34,302 nucleotides of DNA from Actinomycetota bacterium (GTDB lineage Bacteria > Actinomycetota > Actinomycetes > S36-B12 > UBA5976): assembly GCA_046047475.1 (NCBI GenBank), contig JBJOHY010000094.1:1-34302 (forward strand), given 5' to 3'. Every line of letters begins with the position of its first letter. Position 1 is the first letter of the stretch. Positions 1 through 8,793 of the stretch are shown in pieces. Position numbers and translations under genes: made by a program. The notes under the pieces were generated by a model, which saw only the letters and a program-made list of their open reading frames with translations, was not told the DNA's origin and searched no databases.

Positions 1-399
1 GGTTGGATTTGCGGAAATAAATTCAATATTTATTTGCTGACCAATTAATTGGTTACTTTTCCCGTAATTTTCATGGTTTGCAATAATTTCCAACGCTAAT
101 TCTGCTGCCGCCGATGGATCAATGAAAATATTTATGAAACCCGGACCGGCAATAGCAGCCGACTTAACACCAGGGACTTTGGCGATGTGAGTTACTAAAT
201 CTTCTGCCACAGCTCTAGGCGACTTATGGGCCGGTTTAGCCAGAATCATTGCAATGTTAGTTGCCCAGTCCCCATGCTCACGATTTTTTGGTCGCTCAAT
301 TTGTACTGGTGTTTCGGCTGCAGACGCTGGCAATTGGTTCGCTGCAACAGCTGCTGCCACGCAATTGGCAATGGCTTCACTTAATTCTTCTGGCGTCAC
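1..399 (-). CDS. argS: Arginine--tRNA ligase, N-terminal 133 codons; the gene continues beyond the window start
   Basis: Not in the ORF track because it runs off the window. My minus-strand translation from GTG 397-399 reads VTPEELSEAIANCVAAAVAANQLPASAAETPVQIERPKNREHGDWATNIAMILAKPAHKSPRAVAEDLVTHIAKVPGVKSAAIAGPGFINIFID...QQINIEFISANPT. The ERPKN-EHGD-x-A-x-N, GPGFIN and EF-SANPT blocks are the ArgRS N-terminal signature. An alternative TTG start lies at 436-438. Confidence 0.85.
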   Translation of the reverse strand, partial: MTPEELSEAIANCVAAAVAANQLPASAAETPVQIERPKNREHGDWATNIAMILAKPAHKSPRAVAEDLVTHIAKVPGVKSAAIAGPGFINIFIDPSAAAELALEIIANHENYGKSNQLIGQQINIEFISANPT

Positions 400-475
400 G
401 AGCGCGAGAGTAGCAATTGAGGAGGAAAGCTGGGTCAAGTGACGCCCCGAGAAGCCAATACGGTTGGCTTAGCCC

Positions 476-1657
476 GTGCCAAAGTTTGAGTTACCACCGC
501 GTCCCAGTGTTGAGCAACTACGCAATCAAGCTGCCAAACTCGGTGAACGAGCACGGGATGTGGCAAGTCGAGCCTTAAATGCCGCAGATCAACGGATAAC
601 TCATCCAACAGTCCCGCTCTTTTATTTGGCGCCAGAAGTGCTGCCAGCCCAGCCTGGGGTAATCATTCGAAAGCAAGCAGTAAATACTGTGTTAGATGCC
701 AGAGCCTGGCGAGTTCTTTACACCACCACCGATTCGGCAGGACAGATCATCACCGCTAGTGCGTTGTTCTGTTTGCCTAAGCATCAGCAAGAAAGCTATG
801 ACTTATTGGTGTATTGCCATCAAGCAACTGGGGTGGAGCGACGATGTGCACCATCAGTGCATGAAAAACCTGCGTTAGCACTAGCTGGACTGAGGCAAGC
901 AATGGCTAAAGGCTATGCATACCTAGCACCTGATTATCCGGGCCTTGGGGCAGACGGAATTCATCCATTCCTAATTGGCGAACCGGCAGCATTTAGTGTG
1001 CTTGATGCAATTAGAGCAATAAGAACTACATCGGTTGCTGAAATTAATTCGAAAACCATTATTTGGGGATATTCGCAAGGTGGACATGCTGCAGCATGGG
1101 CAGCTGGGATGCAACCTAGTTATGCACCCGAGATAAAACTTGATGGGATCATTCTTGGATCACCAGCACTTGATCCGGCGGAATTATTTGAAGCAAGTGC
1201 TGATTCACCAATTAGTCGAGTTATCTGGGCGCTATCGGCCGTATCTTGGTCGCGGCTTACTGGCATCTCGTTAGCAAACGCAATTAAGCCAGAATCATTA
1301 GTTTCAGTACGCGAAACCGCCAAGCACTGCTTTATTGGAGTCGAAGCAATTGTAGGTCTTGCCGCTACCGATTCAATGGGCGGAAAGCCACATGCAATTG
1401 ATCCGTTAGCAACTGAGCCATTTGCAACTATGCTGCATGAAAATCGCGCACCTACGAAGTTCGATATCCCAGTATTAGTAGTGCAGGGTGGAAAAGATGT
1501 CACAGTACCACCGAAACAAAGCAAGCTGATGGTTGATGAGATGAAATCTTATGGCTCAACCGTAAATTATATCGAGCACGAAAGGTTTGATCACTTAACT
1601 GGCGAACGTGCGGTGGTTAAAGATGCCATTTCACAAATTGAGCAATGGTGGGCTTAA
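476..1657 (+). CDS. Alpha/beta hydrolase of the secretory-lipase (LIP) family
   Basis: 393-aa ORF with a GTG start. It carries the GYSQGGHAA nucleophile elbow (G-x-S-x-G) and a YCHQATGVERRCAPS block, and its length is typical of LIP-type lipases. No obvious N-terminal signal peptide. Its stop overlaps the convergent ParA stop (TTAA at 1654-1657). Confidence 0.65.
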   Translation: MPKFELPPRPSVEQLRNQAAKLGERARDVASRALNAADQRITHPTVPLFYLAPEVLPAQPGVIIRKQAVNTVLDARAWRVLYTTTDSAGQIITASALFCLPKHQQESYDLLVYCHQATGVERRCAPSVHEKPALALAGLRQAMAKGYAYLAPDYPGLGADGIHPFLIGEPAAFSVLDAIRAIRTTSVAEINSKTIIWGYSQGGHAAAWAAGMQPSYAPEIKLDGIILGSPALDPAELFEASADSPISRVIWALSAVSWSRLTGISLANAIKPESLVSVRETAKHCFIGVEAIVGLAATDSMGGKPHAIDPLATEPFATMLHENRAPTKFDIPVLVVQGGKDVTVPPKQSKLMVDEMKSYGSTVNYIEHERFDHLTGERAVVKDAISQIEQWWA

Positions 1658-2427
1658 CCGATTCGCCGAAGTAATTTATCTAGATGAGTTTCAAATATAT
1701 TTGAAATCTCTCGTGAACCGGCACTGCCATATTTCTGTACAGCAATTGCGGCACCTTCGGCCTGCTGCACGGCAATTCGCTCTGGAATGCTTGGCTTCAC
1801 GACTAACTTGCCGAATTCTCTGGATAATTCTTTAGCTCGATAATCGTGCTCATCAGCAGTTGATTTAACTCGATTTAGAATTACTGATACATCTTTAAGT
1901 CTACGATTCAGATGTTTCTTTACTTCTTCAAACGTATCGGCAGCTCTGAGCGCACCTTGTACGCCGAAATAAGTAGGTTCCGTAACTATTAACGCCGCAT
2001 CAGATGCAGCTAACGCTTCCACTGCCAAAGTTCCAAGAGATGGTGGGCAGTCAATTAAAACTAAATCGTAACCCGCGGAATGTTCTAGGCTTTTAGTCAA
2101 TCTTGGGGAGATTGAGCCAATCTCTTTCCAAGCATCAAATTTGATTAGCATCGGATCACTAACCACGACGTCAACTTCACCAGGTCCAGATTCCCAGGCG
2201 CAAGCAGTAACGGCATCATGCAACGCTTTTGAGCCTGGTCGACTAAATAAATCCAACGCTGTAGCAGTTGGTGATTCAGGACCCAAAATGCTTGATGCAT
2301 TTCCTTGTGGATCAAGGTCAACTACCAAAGTGGCCAAGCCTTGCTGCATGGCAGCCCCCGCTAGCCCTAAAACGACTGAAGTTTTTCCAACGCCACCCTT
2401 ATGGCTGAGAACCGAAACTATTGGCAT
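1654..2427 (-). CDS. Orphan ParA/Soj/MinD-family P-loop ATPase
   Basis: Deviant Walker A in MPIVSVLSHKGGVGKTS, plus DLDPQGN and LIDCPPSLG motifs. The ORF-track version (to 2586) adds 53 non-protein-like N-terminal codons, so I place the start at ATG 2425-2427. No parB-like gene is adjacent. Confidence 0.85.
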   Translation of the reverse strand: MPIVSVLSHKGGVGKTSVVLGLAGAAMQQGLATLVVDLDPQGNASSILGPESPTATALDLFSRPGSKALHDAVTACAWESGPGEVDVVVSDPMLIKFDAWKEIGSISPRLTKSLEHSAGYDLVLIDCPPSLGTLAVEALAASDAALIVTEPTYFGVQGALRAADTFEEVKKHLNRRLKDVSVILNRVKSTADEHDYRAKELSREFGKLVVKPSIPERIAVQQAEGAAIAVQKYGSAGSREISNIFETHLDKLLRRIG

Positions 2428-2519
2428 GGGCGGAGTCTGCCGAATTAGTAGTCCGGAATGCCACTTGGGGGGTCGCTGAACCTGTGGGTAGCAGAAATTC
2501 GTGCCACTATTTCCCCCTG

Positions 2520-3308
2520 ATGAACGCACCCCTGGCTCACCGACGCAAGATCGCAGTAGCGACCTGGCTTGCCCCTCGGGAATCAAGAATCCAGACCAAA
2601 ATCCAAGTTGAGCTAACGGCCATCTTGGACTACATCGAACAAACTAAGAATCAAGCCATCACTCTCACTCATATTGTTGGTGCCGCACTGGCGCGCGCCA
2701 TTGCGGCCAATCCCGAGGTGAATGTTCGGGTCGTCTTTGGCCGAGTCAAACCGATGCCCAGAATTGATCTGAGTTTTGCCGTTGATATTGAAGGTGGCTC
2801 TGACTTGGCGCAATGTCGCGTCAGGGATGCTGACAAAAAGAACCTTTTCGAAATTAGCAAAGAACTAATTGCTGGTGCTGAAAAACTTCGTGCCAGAAGT
2901 GATGAGAACTATCAGCGGTCAATTAGCTGGGCTAAATCAATTCCTACCCCGCTCATGAAACCAGTGATGAAATTCTTGTCACTTTGGACTGGCGGCCTGG
3001 GCCGAAGAGCGTTTGGCCAACCTGGTCACCCGCTTGGTTCCGCTTTCATTAGCAATGTTGGCAGATTCGAAATGCAAGAAGCATATTTAGCACCGCTGCC
3101 ATTTGCTCGCACTCCACTATATTTAGCAATCGGCGAGATTCACGACGCACCTGTTGCAATAGATGGAAAAATAGAAGTAAGAAAAATCGTAATCATTACT
3201 GCAGTTGCTGATCACCGACTGATTGACGGAGCTCATGCTGGCAAATTGATACGTTCATTTAAAGAGTGTTTGAGTAATCCAAAATCACTTGAAGCGCTTG
3301 CTCGATAA
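2520..3308 (+). CDS. Stand-alone 2-oxoacid dehydrogenase acyltransferase (E2) catalytic-domain protein, without lipoyl or subunit-binding domains
   Basis: C-terminal ADHRLIDGAHAGKLIRSF matches the catalytic DHR-x-x-DG motif of the E2/CAT-like acyltransferase fold (Pfam 2-oxoacid_dh, PF00198). Only about 262 aa when started at ATG 2520 (MNAPLAHRRKIAV...). The ORF-track start at 2421 would overlap the ParA start. Confidence 0.7.
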   Translation: MNAPLAHRRKIAVATWLAPRESRIQTKIQVELTAILDYIEQTKNQAITLTHIVGAALARAIAANPEVNVRVVFGRVKPMPRIDLSFAVDIEGGSDLAQCRVRDADKKNLFEISKELIAGAEKLRARSDENYQRSISWAKSIPTPLMKPVMKFLSLWTGGLGRRAFGQPGHPLGSAFISNVGRFEMQEAYLAPLPFARTPLYLAIGEIHDAPVAIDGKIEVRKIVIITAVADHRLIDGAHAGKLIRSFKECLSNPKSLEALAR

Positions 3309-4210
3309 GAATTAGTCAGGATTGTCTCTAAGAGATCTTCCCTTACCTCTTGTGCAAAGTGACTTGGGGTCGCTTTTAACGCAATTCCAGTTTCCCCTTT
3401 TTGAGGTTCACGATCTGACCTCTTCAGGCTCTCTTTCAGGATTAAGTAAACCAAGGCAGGCAGAAGATCGATGCTACGTCGAGCGACCCAAATTGAACCT
3501 TTTGTCATGAGCCACAGAATTCGCTGAGTTTTTGAATCTTTTGGATTCGTTGTTGCAATTCGGTTTCTCCGTTTTCGCGGCAATGATAATTCGCGTCGAA
3601 CTTTGTCCGCGATAACCTGATGACCCATTGCGCTTGGGTGCATGAAGTCACTGTGCCAAAATTTACGATTACTTACGTCTGGCAATTTGTGGATAGCTAC
3701 GTGTAATGAACCTGTCGCGTCACATACGTTGGCGATCAAACTATTTACTTGGTCAACTCTCCTCGAAAATACCTTTGATACCAACTTAGGCATACGGATT
3801 CTCCGACCGGCGTGTGGAAGGCTGATCATTACGACCGCAACATTTCGTCTTCTCAACTCTTCGCAAATCTTTATCAAACCCGACTCTATTTCAAGCAAGG
3901 AGAAGTCCCCCCTGAGGACATCATTTCCACCTACGCAAACCAGGGCAAGGTCAGCTCGCGCCACTATGGCGGAAGTTAGCTGAGTTGCTGCAACATCTCT
4001 GACCCTTGCGCCATTTCTTGAAATGTTGAGAAATTTTCCAGCGCCAACGTCGTGCGCCAGTCGGCCAGCCCACCCTGCACCGATTGCAGATTCATGACCG
4101 CCAAAATCTCCCACTCCGAAAGAAAAACTATCCCCGAGGGCAACGATTCGAAGGTTGAGTTTGTTTCGCAATCTTGGCAGCAAATAGTGGTCAGATCCGA
4201 TTATGGACAT
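3233..4210 (-). CDS. SGNH/GDSL-family hydrolase with a ~110-aa C-terminal extension
   Basis: Block I IVALGDSFSFG (GDS), block III GGNDVL, and a C-terminal H in FMHPSAMGH. The tail contains the hydrophobic segment ILWLMTKGSIWVARRSIDLLPALVYLIL. The start ATG shares one nt with the upstream GT4 stop (TAATG at 4208-4212). Confidence 0.8.
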   Translation of the reverse strand: MSIIGSDHYLLPRLRNKLNLRIVALGDSFSFGVGDFGGHESAIGAGWAGRLAHDVGAGKFLNISRNGARVRDVAATQLTSAIVARADLALVCVGGNDVLRGDFSLLEIESGLIKICEELRRRNVAVVMISLPHAGRRIRMPKLVSKVFSRRVDQVNSLIANVCDATGSLHVAIHKLPDVSNRKFWHSDFMHPSAMGHQVIADKVRRELSLPRKRRNRIATTNPKDSKTQRILWLMTKGSIWVARRSIDLLPALVYLILKESLKRSDREPQKGETGIALKATPSHFAQEVREDLLETILTNSYRASASSDFGLLKHSLNERINLPA

Positions 4211-5331
4211 TAAGCCACCTCTTTATGGGGGTGTGTTAGTTGATAGCGAGATAATAGGAGTTGAGCAGTGGTGTGCCATGAAAAATTCTCAGCTCTTAGT
4301 CGAGCGGAGTGCGAGCGTTTATCCCTTGGATGCTTGCCCAGTTCGACAATCGCATCAACCCAAGTTGCTGCACTTCGAACACATGAAACGCCAGAATTCG
4401 AATCTATAATTTCCTTTATTGCGCCAGTATCCCGACAGATAACTGGGGTTCCGCTGGCCAAAGCCTCAAGAGCTGCCAGGCCAAATGTTTCGATCGGTCC
4501 CACCGCCAAAAGGAAATCTGAATGTGCGTACAGTTCAGCAATTTGTGTTCGGTCCGCAATATGGCCAATAAACTCTATTGGTAGTTCTTCATCACTTGCT
4601 CGGTTCTGTAGCCGCTTGAACATCGGCCCGTCGCCTGCAACTTTAATCCAGAAGGGTAAGTTCCGGTTCTTGATTTCAGCAGCAATCTCAAGAAGAAATC
4701 CGGGGTCTTTTTCTTTGGATAATCTCGTGACTGCAAGTAAATTAATTTGATTGCTTGATGCCCGCGTGGGACTAGGTTTGGCTCTAAATCGAATCAAATC
4801 CACACCTAAAGGAATAGTCGAAAAAGGAACATCTATTCGGCGAAACTCTTCAGCAGCATAACTGGTTGTGGCGATAACATAATCTATGTTCTTTGAAGTA
4901 AAGCGATTCCAGAAATCTGCCAGCGGTCGAGAGATAGCCCTGATTCTTGTAAAGGCGAGAATAACTTTATCTACTCTTTCATGGGCAAATAGTGCTGTCA
5001 CTATGCCCTGCTTTCGAAACCACTTTGCCAGCATAAGCAGAGATAGCCGATCTGATATCTCAACCACATCTGGCTCTGACTCTATAACAATTCTTTTTAC
5101 TGCCCTTAAATTCAAGATAATCCGATAGCCGCCAGAAAAGGGAATCGGATAGCTCGGAACTTCATACTTAATCCCAAAAGAAGTTCTATATCTCCGATAT
5201 CTGACACCTGGTACTACTAACACATAATCTTGCCCAAGTGCTAGGTAAGACTCGCCCAAGGCATGAGCCGTGGTCTTAAGACCACCGCTTCGTGGTGAGT
5301 ACATATTTGCGAGATGAATGATTCTGGACAT
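4210..5331 (-). CDS. GT4-family (GT-B fold) glycosyltransferase
   Basis: 373 aa. N-terminal IHLANMYSPRSGGLKT acceptor-domain motif, and a C-terminal E-x7-E-type region in ETFGLAALEALASGTPVI. The start ATG overlaps the stop of the upstream GT4 (TAATG at 5329-5333). Confidence 0.8.
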   Translation of the reverse strand: MSRIIHLANMYSPRSGGLKTTAHALGESYLALGQDYVLVVPGVRYRRYRTSFGIKYEVPSYPIPFSGGYRIILNLRAVKRIVIESEPDVVEISDRLSLLMLAKWFRKQGIVTALFAHERVDKVILAFTRIRAISRPLADFWNRFTSKNIDYVIATTSYAAEEFRRIDVPFSTIPLGVDLIRFRAKPSPTRASSNQINLLAVTRLSKEKDPGFLLEIAAEIKNRNLPFWIKVAGDGPMFKRLQNRASDEELPIEFIGHIADRTQIAELYAHSDFLLAVGPIETFGLAALEALASGTPVICRDTGAIKEIIDSNSGVSCVRSAATWVDAIVELGKHPRDKRSHSARLRAENFSWHTTAQLLLSRYQLTHPHKEVA

Positions 5332-6467
5332 TAACTGGCTCTAATCATCCGATTTTCTAAAACGGATTCATAATGTTTGACAAGCTCTGAAAAAACAGAC
5401 TCCCATGAGTTGGATTCCACGTGTGTTCTAGCCTGAACACCAAACCTTATTCGCAACGACTCATCTCCAGCGAGAATTTCAAGGTGCTTCAGAAGGTCAG
5501 AGTTATCGCCCGGCTCGTACAAAAATCCGGTATGGCCGCTATCTATTAGGTCAACCGGTCCACCTTTCCTCGGTGCCACAACTGGCACACCGCTGGCCAT
5601 CGCTTCTTGGATTACTTGACAGAATGTTTCATGTTCACCTGGAGCAACGAGAATATCTAGTGATGCCATTGCGCTCGCTAAGTTCTCCCCGACTAACTTA
5701 CCTGCGAAATGGGCATCCGGTAACAACTTTTCAAGTTGTTCACGCTGTGGACCATCGCCAATTATTACTACTTTGAATCTTGAGGTATCAAAGCAAACCA
5801 ATCTATCAATTTGTTTTTCAGGTGCAAGGCGACCAACATATCCAACAACGATTCGGTTATCGCTTCTCCAAGTACATTTAAGTGCTTCTGATTTCTTTGT
5901 CGGATTAAACAATAATGCGTCTACGCCTCGGCGCCAAATAATAGAATTTGGAATGTTGTTTATTTGAAATAATTCTGCGTAGGCGTTTGATGGAACAAGA
6001 TTTAAATCCGCATTGCGGTGAATCCGCATACTCCACCAGTTAGATACCTTAGAACTGGCAGTCATGCCATAGAAACCTGCAAACCCTGCAACATCAGTTT
6101 GAAAGATCGCAACTGTGGGTATTCCCAATCTTCGTGCTGCTCGCTGCGCAAGCCAACCAAGATAAAATGGAGAAGCCAAATGGACCACATCAGGATCTAT
6201 TCGTGAGAAAATCTTCATCAATTTTGAGATGGTGACTGCCGCCAAGTCATAGTCGGGAACACTTGGCAAATTAATGTATTTAGTTCGAAAAATTTCGATA
6301 CCAAGTGCCTCCATCGTCTGAATATCTTGGCTACCGTCACCAGCTCCTACAACAAATACTTCATGACCCTCGTGGCTAAGGTAGTCTGCACATCGCTGGA
6401 CTGAATTTGAAACCCCATTAACGCGGGGGAAAAGCGACTCGGCGACAATCAAGATTTTCACGTGCAA
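5331..6467 (-). CDS. GT4-family glycosyltransferase, resembling the actinobacterial MgtA/PimB'-type group
   Basis: 378 aa. The N-terminus KILIVAESLFPRVNGVSNSV matches, from memory, the AESFLP-x-VNGV-x-NSV start of actinobacterial MgtA/PimB'-like enzymes. C-terminal motif HETFCQVIQEAMASGVPVV. First gene of a three-gene coupled operon. Confidence 0.8.
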   Translation of the reverse strand: MHVKILIVAESLFPRVNGVSNSVQRCADYLSHEGHEVFVVGAGDGSQDIQTMEALGIEIFRTKYINLPSVPDYDLAAVTISKLMKIFSRIDPDVVHLASPFYLGWLAQRAARRLGIPTVAIFQTDVAGFAGFYGMTASSKVSNWWSMRIHRNADLNLVPSNAYAELFQINNIPNSIIWRRGVDALLFNPTKKSEALKCTWRSDNRIVVGYVGRLAPEKQIDRLVCFDTSRFKVVIIGDGPQREQLEKLLPDAHFAGKLVGENLASAMASLDILVAPGEHETFCQVIQEAMASGVPVVAPRKGGPVDLIDSGHTGFLYEPGDNSDLLKHLEILAGDESLRIRFGVQARTHVESNSWESVFSELVKHYESVLENRMIRAS

Positions 6468-6637
6468 AGACTCATGATTCAGCTAATCTCTAGCCCAGTT
6501 ATTGGGTAAAGTGTTGGTAAACTCTTAATTACAATAACGAGACAGCAATATAAGTTAACTTGGAATTATCCATAAATTAAGACTTAATGTCCGCCTGTCT
6601 AAAAAGCTTTAAATGCACTAGCAGTGAAACTGACGTC

Positions 6638-7315
6638 ATGAAATCTGCCGCTTTCTTCGATTTGGACAACACATTGATTAGAGGTTCATCGCTTATGCTA
6701 TTGGGTCGCGGACTAATAAGTCAGGGATACATATCTAGATCGGAATTAACAAAATACGTATTTCAGAACCTGAAATTTGTATTCTCAAAAACTGAAAATT
6801 TACAACTTGTTGAAAAATTGATTCCGCGGGGTTTAAAGATTATCTCTGGAATGTTCCATAGTGAAGTCGTTGCGCTTTGCGACGCCTTAGTTGGTGAGAT
6901 GCTTCCTGCCAAGTTGAATGAATTAACTGCAGAGATGGTTAATTGGCACAATGACATGAATCATCACACTTGGATCGTAACTGCCAGTCCAATTGAAATT
7001 GCGGCACCGATTGCTGAAAGACTTGGAATGACCGGCGCACTTGGCACTATTTGTGAAGTAGATGCTGGGACTTATTCTGGCAAACTTCTATCGCCAATCC
7101 TTCATGGAAGTTATAAGGCAGCTGCAATTGAAAAGCTTTGCTCGTCAGAGAATTATGACTTAAACCAGGCATATTTTTATAGTGATTCCGTTAGTGATCT
7201 TCCAGCCCTAACTTGTGTTGGAAATCCAGTTGTAGTTAATCCGAATCCACATCTAAAATCGATCGCAATGAAGAATCATTGGCGAATGATTGAAGGTACT
7301 AACGCTGCAGCGTAA
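6638..7315 (+). CDS. HAD-superfamily subfamily IB hydrolase (SerB-like phosphatase family)
   Basis: Motif I is AAFFDLDNTLIRG (DxD). The cap region is typical of HAD-IB, and motif IV is in YFYSDSVSDLP. I prefer ATG 6638 (MKSAAFFDLDNT) over the ORF-track start at 6587, which adds 17 unlikely residues. Neither start has a strong SD. Confidence 0.75.
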   Translation: MKSAAFFDLDNTLIRGSSLMLLGRGLISQGYISRSELTKYVFQNLKFVFSKTENLQLVEKLIPRGLKIISGMFHSEVVALCDALVGEMLPAKLNELTAEMVNWHNDMNHHTWIVTASPIEIAAPIAERLGMTGALGTICEVDAGTYSGKLLSPILHGSYKAAAIEKLCSSENYDLNQAYFYSDSVSDLPALTCVGNPVVVNPNPHLKSIAMKNHWRMIEGTNAAA

Positions 7316-8660
7316 CGGGACCCATCCAGTTATCGGACCCAGGCTCAACATCGGCTGCGTTGCCGTCAGCCAGCAACATCCGGAAAAGTCCGGTTTTAGC
7401 TGATCCAAAGCACTCTGCGCTAAACCAAACTTGCGGCCCCTTTGATGTAGTTTGTATTCTCGCTTTGCAATTAAGTGGTGATTCGCTACTTGCTTTTACC
7501 AATATCATCTCGGTGCCATCAACGATGCAGCCTGTATTAAATTCGCCATATTGCCAAACAAAATCACTTCCTAGCTTTCCATCTAAATCAAGCCGCGCCT
7601 CAATAAATCCGCTCGTGGTCATTGAACAGGCATCCCACGCTCCCACGTTGCTTGCGGTTAGGGAAACTGATCCGTATGGCTGTGGTGAGAGATATGAATT
7701 CACCGTCAGCGTTGAGATATCAATCTCGTTATTTGGTAAATCACCAGTTACTAATTGCACGCTGGTTTGCAAGCTTGCGCCAGTCTGATCATTTGTAACT
7801 TCAGCAACAGGCAATGTTTTACCGCCCGTTAGATAAAACGGTTCTTTTGAAATCTTTATTTTGGTTGCGTGCTGCGATCTCATCTCACTTCTAGTTGTAG
7901 TTAGCCATGATCGGAATGCTGAGATCTTGGTATGAACTGTGGGTGCCGATGTGTTACAAATTCTTGCCCCATACGACACAACGCCAATTAGGTAATCAAC
8001 TTTGCCCAATCGCTTTACCAGCGGGCCACCAGAATCCCCTTGGCAAGCTCCAGCATAAGCATCTCGCTTTGAATCAAACCATCTAGTAGCGATTTGTATT
8101 TCTGGGTCATAGCTATCAAAATTGCTCGAAATTGAATTTTTTGGTGCTGGTTTTTGTGGTGCAACTCGCAGTTCAGTTGACAACTGCCCATTTTCATTAT
8201 TGCCCCAACCAAACAGCGAAAATTGACCGGTAGTAAACCGCGATTGGGTTCCAGCTAACTTTAAGTGGTTAGATGCGTAGGCCGGATAGTAAAGATATAT
8301 AACTGCCAAATCATTTGTTGAAGTAACTGGATCGTAATCTGGATGAATTTTTGTCTCGAGCGCAGTTAAGACTCGCCCGCGATCGGTCAACTTATCTCTA
8401 CCCTGAATAATCACCCAGTCTTGATCACTTAGTGCTATCAAACAATGCGCAGCGGTAATTACCGTGTAATCATCGATCAGGGCGCCGGTACAAACATGTT
8501 GATCGCGATCTCCCTCGGCAGTGCTGTAGAGGGAAACCACCCATGAGTATTTGGGACCACTAACTGGCTTTGACGTACTTTGGACTAGACCGAAAGCAGC
8601 TGAGTTTATTGAGGACAGCAGAATTGCGAGCAGAATTGAGACGAATTGCCGACTGCGCAT
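7299..8660 (-). CDS. Secreted trypsin-like (S1 family) serine protease with a ~200-aa Cys-containing C-terminal domain of unknown function
   Basis: Signal peptide MRSRQFVSILLAILLSSINSAAFG. Catalytic triad contexts are TAAHC (His), NDLAVIYL (Asp) and GDSGGPL (Ser). The 3' end overlaps the convergent HAD gene by 17 bp. Confidence 0.85.
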   Translation of the reverse strand: MRSRQFVSILLAILLSSINSAAFGLVQSTSKPVSGPKYSWVVSLYSTAEGDRDQHVCTGALIDDYTVITAAHCLIALSDQDWVIIQGRDKLTDRGRVLTALETKIHPDYDPVTSTNDLAVIYLYYPAYASNHLKLAGTQSRFTTGQFSLFGWGNNENGQLSTELRVAPQKPAPKNSISSNFDSYDPEIQIATRWFDSKRDAYAGACQGDSGGPLVKRLGKVDYLIGVVSYGARICNTSAPTVHTKISAFRSWLTTTRSEMRSQHATKIKISKEPFYLTGGKTLPVAEVTNDQTGASLQTSVQLVTGDLPNNEIDISTLTVNSYLSPQPYGSVSLTASNVGAWDACSMTTSGFIEARLDLDGKLGSDFVWQYGEFNTGCIVDGTEMILVKASSESPLNCKARIQTTSKGPQVWFSAECFGSAKTGLFRMLLADGNAADVEPGSDNWMGPVTLQR

Positions 8661-8793
8661 TTCAGAAATCTACTCACTTTCATTGTGAACTAAGTCCAAC
8701 TCTAGGCTGTAGCTAGCAATCTCGCGAAATCCCTTCAAACCACCCCCACTATCGCGTGGCTGAACTAGCGGAACTGGTAACTTCCCCTACCTA

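Noticed and set aside
254-442. 62-aa plus-strand ORF.
   Set aside because: It lies antisense to the clearly recognisable argS N-terminal coding region.
2421-2586. Mutually overlapping 5' extensions of the ParA-like ORF (to 2586) and the E2-like ORF (from 2421).
   Set aside because: The Walker A motif follows directly after the internal Met at 2427. The E2-like protein has a plausible Met at 2520. The extensions are low-complexity and would create a 166-bp divergent overlap.
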